Source: an uncultured Planctomycetaceae bacterium (lineage in GTDB: Bacteria > Planctomycetota > Planctomycetia > Pirellulales > PALSA-1355). Taken from it: a DNA stretch of 64,000 nucleotides. Location: contig CAWAUV010000002.1 in assembly GCA_963785305.1 (NCBI GenBank), forward strand, positions 192,001 to 256,000. The letters are read 5' to 3'. The notes beneath the pieces were generated by a model that was given only the letters and a program-made list of their open reading frames with translations, searched no databases and had not been told where the DNA came from. Of the stretch, positions 9,973 to 19,365 are shown in pieces. The position numbers were made by a program, and so were the translations under genes. Positions within the stretch are counted from its first letter, which is position 1; the number at the start of each line of letters is the position of its first letter.

Positions 9973-10098
9973 GTCGCCCGCGACGCCGCGGTGAGTTGCC
10001 GTTTCGGGCTCGCGCCGGGTCTGGTATTCTGCCGCCCGCCTTGCCGGGTCGCGCTGCTCGCGCGACGCCTGTTTTTGCCTCGCTATTCCTAGATTTCC

Positions 10099-10851
10099 AT
10101 GCCGCACCGCGATTCATCGCCTGCCTCCTCCGCCGCCGCCGACTCTGGCCGCGGGCGCGCCGCGCTGCTGGCGGCAGCAGTGCTGGCGCTGGCGGGCTTG
10201 GCGGCGCTGCCGATCGATCTGCCGGTGGCTCGCTGGTTCATGGAGCAGCGGTGTCCACCGTTTTTCGTGAAGCTGGTGAGTCTGGCCGAAGTGATGGCGC
10301 ACGGGATTGGCGCCGCAGCGCTTCTGGCGACGATTGCCGTGCTCGACTCTGGCCGTCGCCGCTGTTTGCCGCGGCTCGCGGCGATGTCGCTCGGGGCCGG
10401 ACTGGTGGCCAACTGCATGAAACTTTTCCTGGCCCGCAAGCGCCCCTATCACTTCGACTTTCAAGGCGGCCCGCTGGCGACCTTTGTCGAATGGCTTCCG
10501 GGCACATCGGCCGGAACCGGCGCTCAGAGCTTTCTTTCGTCGCACGCCGCGGTGGCCGCGGGCATGGCGGTGGGGCTCGCCTGGCTCTATCCGCGCGGGC
10601 GATGGCTGTTTGCCTTGTTTGGCCTCTTGGCGATGGGCCAGCGCCTCGCGGCCGGAGCGCATTTCACGAGCGATGTGCTCTGGGGCGCCGCGTTGGGCCT
10701 CGCCTGGGCCGGCGCTTTCTTGAGCGATCGGCTGGCGGCCCGCTGGTTCGCCGCATTCGAGCAGGGCGATTCGGCGCCCAGCGGCAGCCAAAAGCCGCAA
10801 GCCGCGCTCGACGCCTCGCGCGGCGCCGAAGCGCCATCGCGCGCCGCCTGA
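10099..10851 (+). CDS. PAP2 family membrane phosphatase
   Basis: KLFLARKRP (C1), SFLSSH (C2 variant), QRLAAGAHFTSDV (C3). Confidence 0.85.
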   Translation: MPHRDSSPASSAAADSGRGRAALLAAAVLALAGLAALPIDLPVARWFMEQRCPPFFVKLVSLAEVMAHGIGAAALLATIAVLDSGRRRCLPRLAAMSLGAGLVANCMKLFLARKRPYHFDFQGGPLATFVEWLPGTSAGTGAQSFLSSHAAVAAGMAVGLAWLYPRGRWLFALFGLLAMGQRLAAGAHFTSDVLWGAALGLAWAGAFLSDRLAARWFAAFEQGDSAPSGSQKPQAALDASRGAEAPSRAA

Positions 10852-11061
10852 TCGCCCGCGGATTTCGCGGCTCCAACCCGCGGGTTGCGAAGCGAGCTCC
10901 TTCTCCGGCGCGTCATTCATGCTAATGCGGCAGCTCGCCGCTCGTCGCGATTTTGCTTGACGGGGCAATCGCGAACTCTTACGAATGCAATCATTGCTCG
11001 CCGTTCGCGCGGGCGCCGCATCGCCGGTCTCTGGAAGTCATTTCACCGGGCTCCGCTGTAC

Positions 11062-12718
11062 TGTCTTGGTTCACCGTGAACTGGAATTGGCGGTGCCGGG
11101 GATTAGCGAGTTGTGAAGGGCATCCTGCCGGGCATTTCGCGGCATCGTGCCGCGAAGGTTTAACGCATTCGCGCCAATCCCGAAGGATTGGCGAGCGGAC
11201 GGCGCCGACGATTGCCGGTCGCCGCCCTCTCTTCGGTCTTGGCCGCTGGGTCGCGCTCGGGTTGCCCCTCGGCAGAGCCCTATCCTCCGCCCAGTTCAAT
11301 CATCAATTTAGCGCCGCCGATCGTTTCAGGCAACCTTGGGCGCGGCGTTGGCGGCGGCACGCGCCGCGCGTCGTCGCTCGCGGGCCGCGTCCAGCTTGGC
11401 GTCACGCTCGTCGAATATCCGCTGCTCGATACCGTTCAACTTGTCGGCCGGCGCGACGTAGCCGATCGCGCTATGTAAACGTTCCTGATTGTAGTGCGCG
11501 ACGAACTTCGTGATCCGGCTTCGCGCGTCCTCGACATCCGCGGGACAAGCCGGGCGAATGCACTCGGCCTTCAGGCTCTTGTGCCAGCGTTCCAACTTGC
11601 CGTTGCTTTGGGGATAAAACGGACTCGTTCGCACATGCGTCATGCCGGCCAGGCGAATGAACTCCTTGAAATCCCGCGCGATGAACTGCGGGCCGTTGTC
11701 GCTGATGATCCGCGGCTTTTCGTCCGGAAACTTTTCTCGCGCGCGTTGAATCACCGTTTCCACTTCGAACTCCTTCATGCTCTCGCGCAGCTCCCAATGC
11801 ACGATGTAGCGGCTGTAGCCGTCCAGAATCGTGCGGAGAAAGTAGAACGTTCCCGCCAGATTGATGTACGAAATATCGACATGCCAGTGGTCGTGCGGCC
11901 GCGGCGGCTGCACGAAACCGGTTCCTTTCTTGGACGGCGAGAACTTGCGTTGGTCGAGCCGTCCGCCTTGTTTCAATACCCGATACACGCTGCTGGGACT
12001 GACCGCCACCACGTCGAGAGTCGAGCATCATGAACGCCAAGCGGCGGTAGCCGTTCAGCGGATGGCTGTCGTGGTAGGCGAGGATGGCTTGTTTCTCCCA
12101 GTCCTCGAGTTCTCGATTCCCCGGGCCACCAGTCGCGCGGGACCTTGCCGTTGTGTTCGTTGGCTTTGCCGTAGCGGTCCTTCCACTGGTGGAACTTGCT
12201 CGGCGCCAATTCCAGCCAGCCCAGCAGCCGCTGGGCCGGCAGCTCGGCACGCTCGGTCCAACGCCCGATGTAATCGACGATGGCGTCGCGCGTGTCGTGG
12301 GGAACCCAAGCTCCCTTCAGAGTTCCCCAAGCTCTTTTTTTGCGCGGACATTCTCCTCCATCAGTTCGGCGATGACTTCGTTCTTGGTGACCAGCTTCGA
12401 TTCGAGCTGGGCGATCTTCTGGTCCTTGGCCGCTTCCAGCCGCGGCGGCCGCCCGCCCGCCCGCCCACCGCCCGACCGCCTTCTCGGCCTGATCGAGCAC
12501 CTGCTTGACCCAGAGATGGATCAGGCTCGGCTGGACCTTGAGTTCATCGGCCAAATCCGACACCGGCGTTTTGCCGCTCAAATGCCGCCGCACGACCTGG
12601 GCCTTCTGCTCGGCGGAAAAATGCCGCCGCGTTCGCAATTCGCTCATGGAAACGTCCTCCCTCGGGATTTATGCTAATCCCAACGGCCAAACTTTCCAGT
12701 TCCGGGAGGTTCAGGACA
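11062..12718 (-). mobile_element. IS3-family insertion sequence
   Basis: Imperfect terminal inverted repeats TGTCTTGGTTCACCGTGAACTGGAA...GGGATTAGC (from 11062) and TGTCCTGAACCTCCCGGAACTGGAA...GGGATTAGC (minus strand from 12718). TG...CA ends; no target duplication seen. Confidence 0.85.
11326..12647 (-). CDS. IS3-family transposase OrfA/OrfB (programmed -1 frameshift; additional disrupting indels)
   Basis: OrfA HTH RRHFSAEQKAQVV. Slippery A7G at 12334-12341 followed by a GGGGAAC...GTTCCCC hairpin. OrfB DDE residues in WHVDISY, ISDNGPQF and SNGKLERWHKSLK. Extra lesions at 12110-12125 and near 12020. Confidence 0.9.
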
Positions 12719-12825
12719 GAATGGGCTCTAAAGTGAGCCAACGTAAACTACGAATGACGCAGCGCATATTATTACAACTAGCAAAAAGCGCTCGCGACTG
12801 ATAACGTTTAGCGCATAAGAAACAC

Positions 12826-13185
12826 TTAATGCAAGTATTCATCGATTACAAATAACGCCTCGGGAAAGACCTGCTTTGCAAGCACAAGTTTCTCGCGCGG
12901 TATTTTCCCCCCAGGCCCTAGTTCGATACGCCCAACGGCATTATCGCCGAGAACACGACGAGTAATCCGGACGGACGGAATGTAACTCTGCTGAAATATG
13001 TTCCAACGCTCAGGATTATAATCATAAATGCGGGCATCTAAAGAAACAAGATAGACTCGCATTTCCTTGCGTTGCCGCACAATCGACGTTTCCCAGCCGA
13101 GAAACGCGGTAAAGGGAACAGACAAAACAAGGACCGTCCGCAAGCAATATCTGGGACATGCCTCAAATAGACGTTTCAATAGCAT
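12826..13185 (-). CDS. Hypothetical membrane-anchored protein (planctomycete RxSLRT-like N-terminus), AT-rich passenger gene
   Basis: 119-aa ORF with RYCLRTVLVLSVPFTAFLGWETSIVRQRK; base composition is visibly AT-richer than the flanks. Confidence 0.7.
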   Translation of the reverse strand: MLLKRLFEACPRYCLRTVLVLSVPFTAFLGWETSIVRQRKEMRVYLVSLDARIYDYNPERWNIFQQSYIPSVRITRRVLGDNAVGRIELGPGGKIPREKLVLAKQVFPEALFVIDEYLH

Positions 13186-13267
13186 AACAACATACCAGCG
13201 AAAAAATCGAACTCACGATACCACCGCAAATCGTCAGGGGATTTTCTCAACTTTCTTATGGAATACA

Positions 13268-13340
13268 ATGGAAATGTCCTCCCTCGGGATTTATGCTAAT
13301 CCCAACGGCCAAACTTTCCAGTTCCGGGAGGTTCAGGACA
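13268..13340 (-). repeat. Second direct copy of the IS left end (IR plus leader plus RBS)
   Basis: 73 bp identical to 12646-12718 except for one substitution; offset 622 bp. Confidence 0.95.
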
Positions 13341-13422
13341 GCCTGGCTGTCAACTGACGAGTTGCCAGCTACATTTGAGCATGACCGCTTATCACCGACA
13401 AATCGAGTCGTAGGAACGTGGG

Positions 13423-13629
13423 GTGCCCAACTGCAAGAAATGCCTGACCAAGAATGCGACCGAAATCGACCGGCAGACGAGCCAACCGCTCTGCGGGGGC
13501 TGTTATGGCGTCGTCACCGCCATGCGGAGCGCCGATCCGATTAAGTTTTACGCCTACCTGGGCGGCAGTGCCGCCAAAGCGCCGAGTGGCCCTGGTGGCG
13601 TCCGGCGTGCATCGGCGTGCATATTTTGA
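13423..13629 (+). CDS. Possible small Zn-finger-like protein
   Basis: 68 aa, GTG start, CKKC...CGGC. Confidence 0.3.
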   Translation: MPNCKKCLTKNATEIDRQTSQPLCGGCYGVVTAMRSADPIKFYAYLGGSAAKAPSGPGGVRRASACIF

Positions 13630-13661
13630 TAGGGGTTGATCGTAAACCCTTACCAAATAAG

Positions 13662-13735
<74 letters not shown>

Positions 13736-14091
13736 ACGTAATCGCCGGGCGTGGGCCCGCGAATTCGGGATTTGCCGCCAGGATCGGCGGCTTGCCGAAA
13801 GCAGTGGCGGCAGGGCGAAACATCGGCCGGCGACGTTTCAAATCCAAGGATAGCATATCGCCTATTGGCCATGAAGCCCATCGGCGGCGGCGGCGAATGC
13901 GGTCGGCGGGGCGTGGTTGCGTCGCAGGCACAAATGGGCGAATAGGCACCAGGTAGGCCGAGCATATTGGCCGAGCGAGATTGACTTTGGCGGCCGGATC
14001 GCCTTAAATAGCGGGGTTGTGCTTGATGCCTCGCTCCGAACGCCGGAAGGTCGAGGCCAATGGTTTCGTTCCTGGTTCGCTCGTCTCCGTC

Positions 14092-14466
14092 ATGCTGATC
14101 CGTCGCACTCAACGTCGCTGTATTTGGCTTGTGCTCGCCATGCACTTGGCCACGGGCGTCGCGGTTCAGCTTGCTCACGAACATCATGGCGGCCCGGGAC
14201 ATGATTCCGATCGTCACCAGGCCGAGCACTCGCCCGGCCTTGCGCGGGGCGGCGAGGCACGCACTGCCGCGAGCGACACGCTCGACGACGCCGATCATGA
14301 ATGTTTGGCCTGTCGAGTGCTCGGGCAACTTTCGCATGGCTGGTCGGTCACCGAGATGGCCCCATTGCCTGTGCGGGTCGCGGCGCTGGTTGTAGCGGCG
14401 CCGGTGGCGATTTCAAATCGAGCGCCGCTTGTGTCTCGCTCTCGCGGGCCTCCGCGGAACGTCTGA
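14092..14466 (+). CDS. DUF2946-like His-rich protein with CxxC and C-terminal RGPP
   Basis: Hydrophobic N-terminal segment, HEHHGGPGHDSDRH, DHECLAC, and ending SRSRGPPRNV. Confidence 0.7.
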   Translation: MLIRRTQRRCIWLVLAMHLATGVAVQLAHEHHGGPGHDSDRHQAEHSPGLARGGEARTAASDTLDDADHECLACRVLGQLSHGWSVTEMAPLPVRVAALVVAAPVAISNRAPLVSRSRGPPRNV

Positions 14467-14733
14467 TCCGTGCGCGTTGGGCGCGGCAATGGCCGCAGCC
14501 GCGCGTTTTCTATTTTTTGCCGCCGGCCGACGACGCATTGGCGATTCGTCGGCGCCGGTTCGCGAGATTTGCCCAAGCTTGCCCCCGCGCACGTTAGGCG
14601 AATGATCGCTTCGACATGGCAAAAGCCATGGCCTGCCAAGCGCGAGACCGTTGCGCGGTGTTTGACCGCGCGAACGTGCCTGCTCGCGGCTTGCAATCCG
14701 ATCAGACACACCCGATACCGAGGTACGATCCCG

Positions 14734-15830
14734 ATGCGATCCCAAGATATATTGCGTGCGTACTACTCAAGACATCAAGGCGGCGTTCGATTCCGCGGCC
14801 GCTCGCTCCGATCGGCCGCGGGACCGCGGCGAGGCTTCACGCTCGTCGAGCTACTGGTCGTGATCGCCATTATCGGCATGATCACGGCCCTACTGTTGCC
14901 GGCGGTGCAAGCGGCGCGCGAGGCCGCGCGGCGAGGCCAGTGCGCGAACAATCTGAAGCAAGTCGGCCTGGCGCTGCACAACTTTTACGATGGGCGGAAA
15001 TATTTTCCGCCCGGCTACACCGACAACAACACGAGCACCACGAGCACGCCCGACAACGATCTCGGTCCCAGCTGGGGCTGGGGGGCTCATGTGCTGCCGT
15101 TCATGGAAGAGCAAGACGTTTTTCGCCAGATTAATTTCACGCTACCCGTGGGCGCCGCGGCGAACGCCACGATTTCCCAACAGCCGGTGGCGAGTTACCA
15201 ATGTCCGTCGGATCCGCTGCAGCAGTCGTTTCCGGTATACGACAGTTCGTTGAGCACGGTTCTGGCCACCGTGGCGCACGGTAATTATGTGGGCTGCAAT
15301 GGCTGGGTCGAGTGCTTTAGCAACGCGGGCGGCAATTATCAGCCGTCGAGCGATGGCGGCGCGGCCGAAGATGGCGACGTCGGCGGCTTTGGCTTGGCCG
15401 GAAACGGCTTTTTCTTTCGCAATAGCCGCACGACGATCTCCCAGGTCACCGACGGCATGAGCAAGTCGATCTTCGTCGGCGAGCGCTCGAGCGATCATTC
15501 GCCCAGCACCTGGACCGGAGCCGTGGCGGGCGGGCAGTGTCCGGCGTGGATGGCCGGGCAAGCGCCTTATTCTCCGCCGCCGGGACCGGCCTACGACAAC
15601 GCCGACTTCGGCGAAGCCCTCGTGTTGCGCACGGCAACGCCACGCATGTGCCCTCCGCCGATTTGCCGTTCTTCGACCCCGACACGTTCTACAGCATGCA
15701 TGCCGGCTCGGGCGCCAATTTTCTCTTTGGCGACGGCGCGGTGACGTTTCTCACCAGCGACATCGATCCCTATGTGTATCAATATCTCTGCACGATCGCG
15801 GGCGGAGAAGTCACCGGCGACAACTATTAA
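14734..15830 (+). CDS. DUF1559 prepilin-type N-terminal cleavage/methylation protein (frameshift near 15625)
   Basis: RRGFTLVELLVVIAIIG, QAAREAARRGQCANNLKQVGLALHNF, YQCPSD, TDGMSK, and C-terminal SMHAGSGANFLFGDGAV. Confidence 0.93.
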
Positions 15831-15856
15831 GCGACCGGGCGCCAAGGAGACTGGAG

Positions 15857-16255
15857 ATGCGGAACCACGCGATCTTTGCATTACTCGTCGGCCTGATCAT
15901 CTGCGGTGGATGCCACCGGGCCAAAACCACGGATGAGCTCCTGGACGATCTCAAATCGAGTCACGAGCGAGACCGAATCATCGCCGTGCGTCTGCTGCCC
16001 GAGCGAAAAGCCGAGGGCGACCGGGTCGTGCCGGCGCTCATCGAAAGTTTGAACGACAAACACGACGATGTTCGACTAAGCGCGGCGATCGGGCTGGGCT
16101 CGTTTGGCGAGGCCGCCGTGGCGGCTGTTCCCGCGCTCATGGCGGCCCAGCGAGATTCGGACGCCCGAATCCGACGGGCCGCTGGAGTCGCATTATCTCG
16201 CATAGATCCGAAGCGAGCGCCGTCGCCCGCGGCGTCCGAGCGACGGAGGCAATAA
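15857..16255 (+). CDS. HEAT-repeat lipoprotein
   Basis: Signal peptide ending ICGGC; VVPALIESLNDKHDDVRLSAAIGLG and AVPALMAAQRDSDARIRRAAGVAL; RBS AAGGAG. Confidence 0.85.
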   Translation: MRNHAIFALLVGLIICGGCHRAKTTDELLDDLKSSHERDRIIAVRLLPERKAEGDRVVPALIESLNDKHDDVRLSAAIGLGSFGEAAVAAVPALMAAQRDSDARIRRAAGVALSRIDPKRAPSPAASERRRQ

Positions 16256-16280
16256 GGTCGATCACGCTTGCCGGCCGACA

Positions 16281-17762
16281 TCATGGAGAAGTCGTGGTGA
16301 CCGGCGGCGCGGTGGGATTGATGCCAGGGTTCGTGCCGGCATTGGGCGGAACCGCCGTGGCGCCATGCGTCGCCGTGGCCGTGCTGGCAACCGCCGCGTT
16401 CGATTGATTGCTGTTGCTCACCAGCAGCATCGCCGACGGCGTGACGAAGCTCATGGCCGCGTTCGCCATGTACTCTAGCGGTTTGTATTCCAGCATGACG
16501 AGGTCATCGGGCTGAATGACGAGCCGTTCTCGGGAATCATGCGCCGCGAGACTCAAATCGACGGCGATTTTCACCTGTTCGCCGTTGGGCAGCTTGCGCA
16601 CCACGAGAATTTGGGTCGGGTCGACGATTCCGCCCAGCGTGCCATTGTTGAAGTTTCGCCGGGCGCCGTTCAAACCAGCCGGGCCGCCCGGAGTGCCATT
16701 GGCCATCGCAATGGCCTCGATCACGTCGAGACTACGGTCGCGAGGCAACGGGAACTGGCCGCCGACCAGCAGACCGCCCGTGTAGAACCACTCGGTGTCG
16801 CGGGCCGGCACGAACACGATATCGCCATCGTCGAGCACGATGTCTTGCTCGATAAACGGCAGCGGTTCGCCGGTGCGCAACCTAAGCGGAATGCGCGCCG
16901 TGCGAACGCCCGGCGTCGGGACCGAAGCCATGTTTTGCGGCGCCGCGGCGGTTTCGCCGGGCTCGTCGGCGGGCAAAGCTCGGACAACGTCCGCCCGTCC
17001 CCGCAGCACCCACAAATCGCAATGCGCGTCGATGCCCGGCTGGCCGCCGCTCACGACCAGCGCATGCAGCACGTCGTTTTCGTGCGTGGGCAAATCCACG
17101 ATCAACGACGTCGGGCGTTTCGTGTAGGGCACGACGCCATGGGAGACATAACTCGGAAAGCCATCGACATTCAAATCCTCGCGAATCACCATCACGCGGT
17201 GGACTCGCGGCTTGATGATGGTCACGATCACGCGGTCGCGTCCGGGCTGGAGAATCTTGTGGTCGACCACATACGTGTGTCGAATCACCTCGGCGGCCTG
17301 GGTGAGCGTCATGCCGCGCACGGCGAGCGGCTCGACGAGCGGAATCGCGATGCGGCCCGCGTCGTCGACCATCGTCGGCACGCCGACCACCGGTCCGTAT
17401 ATCTGGCCGGTCGCGGGATACATGAACGGACTACTGATATTGTTGGTCGGGATTTTGGGAAGAGTTAGCTCCTTGGTCGGGAGCACGCCCTCGACCAGAA
17501 TTCCCAGCATGTCGCCGGAGTCGATGACGTGCGTGTCGCGGGGGCGCTGGCCAAGCAAGCGAAAATCAATTGGCGTATCCGATGGCCGGGCGTCGGTCAG
17601 CAGCGCGGGCGGCGCTTCCCGCACGGGAACCGCATTGCGAGCGCACGAAATGCGACCGATCGGGGCCACGCACCCGGTCAGGCACGCGACAACCACCGCC
17701 AGAGCCCAAACTCCCGACGCGAGCAAGCTAGGTTTTAGTTGGGCGCATTGCGCGGCGTTCAT
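16281..17762 (-). CDS. Polysaccharide biosynthesis/export (Wza-like) lipoprotein, paralog 2
   Basis: Lipobox LTGC; IDSGDMLGILVEGV, VDDAGRIAIPLV, ENDVLHAL, GGQFPLPRDRSLDVIEAIA, IQPDDLV. Confidence 0.85.
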   Translation of the reverse strand: MNAAQCAQLKPSLLASGVWALAVVVACLTGCVAPIGRISCARNAVPVREAPPALLTDARPSDTPIDFRLLGQRPRDTHVIDSGDMLGILVEGVLPTKELTLPKIPTNNISSPFMYPATGQIYGPVVGVPTMVDDAGRIAIPLVEPLAVRGMTLTQAAEVIRHTYVVDHKILQPGRDRVIVTIIKPRVHRVMVIREDLNVDGFPSYVSHGVVPYTKRPTSLIVDLPTHENDVLHALVVSGGQPGIDAHCDLWVLRGRADVVRALPADEPGETAAAPQNMASVPTPGVRTARIPLRLRTGEPLPFIEQDIVLDDGDIVFVPARDTEWFYTGGLLVGGQFPLPRDRSLDVIEAIAMANGTPGGPAGLNGARRNFNNGTLGGIVDPTQILVVRKLPNGEQVKIAVDLSLAAHDSRERLVIQPDDLVMLEYKPLEYMANAAMSFVTPSAMLLVSNSNQSNAAVASTATATHGATAVPPNAGTNPGINPTAPPVTTTSP

Positions 17763-17868
17763 GGTATCAGGTTCTCAATGTCGCGGTCGCGATGCTGGTT
17801 TGTGCGCGTCGCGGCCGGTAACACGGTCCGCGCTTGGAGGATGCCCGCGGCCGGGCGAGGATTGTCGA

Positions 17869-19299
17869 TCACGGGATGGAATAGAACACCGAGCTCTGGA
17901 CTCGGATCAACGCCAACACCGCGTTGCTCGCATACTCCCAGGGCTTGAACTGCAACATCACGAAATCGCCGGGCTGAATGACGATTCGTTCGCGTGCATC
18001 CACCGCGGCCCGGTTCAAGTCGACGCGAATCTTCACTTCTTGGCCATCGGCCAGTTTGCGGATGATGATCACGCGAGTGGGGTTAACGATGCCGCCCAGG
18101 GCGCCATTCCGAAAGTTGGACGACGCTCCGTCGCCCGACGGACCGCCGACCGAAGCGGTCACCAGCGACATGGCCTCGATCACGTCGAGATCGCGGTCTC
18201 GCGGCAAGGGAAACTGCCCGCCCGGCAGCAAGCCGCCGGTCGAAAACACGTCGTTATCCCGCGATTCCAGATAGAGAATGTCGCCGGCCTGTAGGATGAT
18301 GTCGGATTCGGAGAACGACAGCGGCTCGCCCGGCGCCATGCGCAGCGGAATGCGGGTGTAGCTGCGATTGACCTTGCCGGCTTCCAGGACCGATCGGGGG
18401 TCGCCTTGGTTTTGCACTTGGGCGAGCGTCGGTTCGAGCACATCGGTTAGCCCGTCGCGGCTGCGCAGCACCCAAACAGCGTTGTAAGCGTCGATGCCGG
18501 GCAGGCCGCCCGTGGCCAACAGCGCGTGCAGCACGTCATTTTCATATCGTGGCAAGTCAAGAATCACGCCGCTGCCACGCTTCGTGTACGGTACGGTCGT
18601 CGCGCTGCGGAACGAAGGAACTTGGGTCGAGGCCGTGTCCTCGCGGATGATCAACACGCGTTGCACGCGCGGCTTAATCAGCGTAACGATAATTCGATCG
18701 CGGCCAGGATTGAGAACTTTGTGATCGATCGTATAGGCCCGGCGAAGTTGCTCGGTGGCTTGCCCCAGAGTCACGCCCTCGAGCGACGTGCGGCCGATGA
18801 GCGGAAGGTCGAGATTGCCGTTCTCATCCACGACCAGCGGCAAACCCACCACGGGGGCGCGAATCAGGCCCGTCGCCGGATAGGGATCGGGCGTGCCATT
18901 CAAGTTGGTGTAAAGCGCCGCTTGCTCCGCGTTGCTCGTCGGCACGACACCTTGAATGAAGATGCCCAAGGTGTCGCCCGCGCCGATCCGATAGGATTTC
19001 GGCGCCTCTTGCCGCAGGAGCGTGAAGTCGATCGGCGTCTTGCCGCAGCGGCTTTCAGCCAATAGTTCCGGGGGCAAACGATACGCTGGCACCGCGTCGG
19101 TCGCGCAGGTGATGCGACAAAATCCGCTCACGCAGCCGCTGCCGGTCGCGAGCGCCAACGCCGCCAAACAGATCGCTTGGACGACTCGCGCTACTCGGTG
19201 ATTTCGCGTTGGCTCCAAGACCGGCGAAACCGGTCGCTCGGCGCCAACAGCAGGAGCGAAGCCGGGCTTTCCCTCGCCGTGCTTGATAGATTTACACAT
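17869..19299 (-). CDS. Polysaccharide biosynthesis/export (Wza-like) lipoprotein, paralog 1
   Basis: GSGC lipobox; YRIGAGDTLGIFIQGV, VDENGNLDLPLIG, ENDVLHAL, GGQFPLPRDRDLDVIEA. Start uncertain (19299 or 19335). Confidence 0.85.
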   Translation of the reverse strand: MCKSIKHGEGKPGFAPAVGAERPVSPVLEPTRNHRVARVVQAICLAALALATGSGCVSGFCRITCATDAVPAYRLPPELLAESRCGKTPIDFTLLRQEAPKSYRIGAGDTLGIFIQGVVPTSNAEQAALYTNLNGTPDPYPATGLIRAPVVGLPLVVDENGNLDLPLIGRTSLEGVTLGQATEQLRRAYTIDHKVLNPGRDRIIVTLIKPRVQRVLIIREDTASTQVPSFRSATTVPYTKRGSGVILDLPRYENDVLHALLATGGLPGIDAYNAVWVLRSRDGLTDVLEPTLAQVQNQGDPRSVLEAGKVNRSYTRIPLRMAPGEPLSFSESDIILQAGDILYLESRDNDVFSTGGLLPGGQFPLPRDRDLDVIEAMSLVTASVGGPSGDGASSNFRNGALGGIVNPTRVIIIRKLADGQEVKIRVDLNRAAVDARERIVIQPGDFVMLQFKPWEYASNAVLALIRVQSSVFYSIP

Positions 19300-19365
19300 C
19301 GCCGCAAATCCTTTCGCATCTCGTTGCCCGGCCAATCCTGATTGCCGAGCGCGAGTTCCGTTTCG

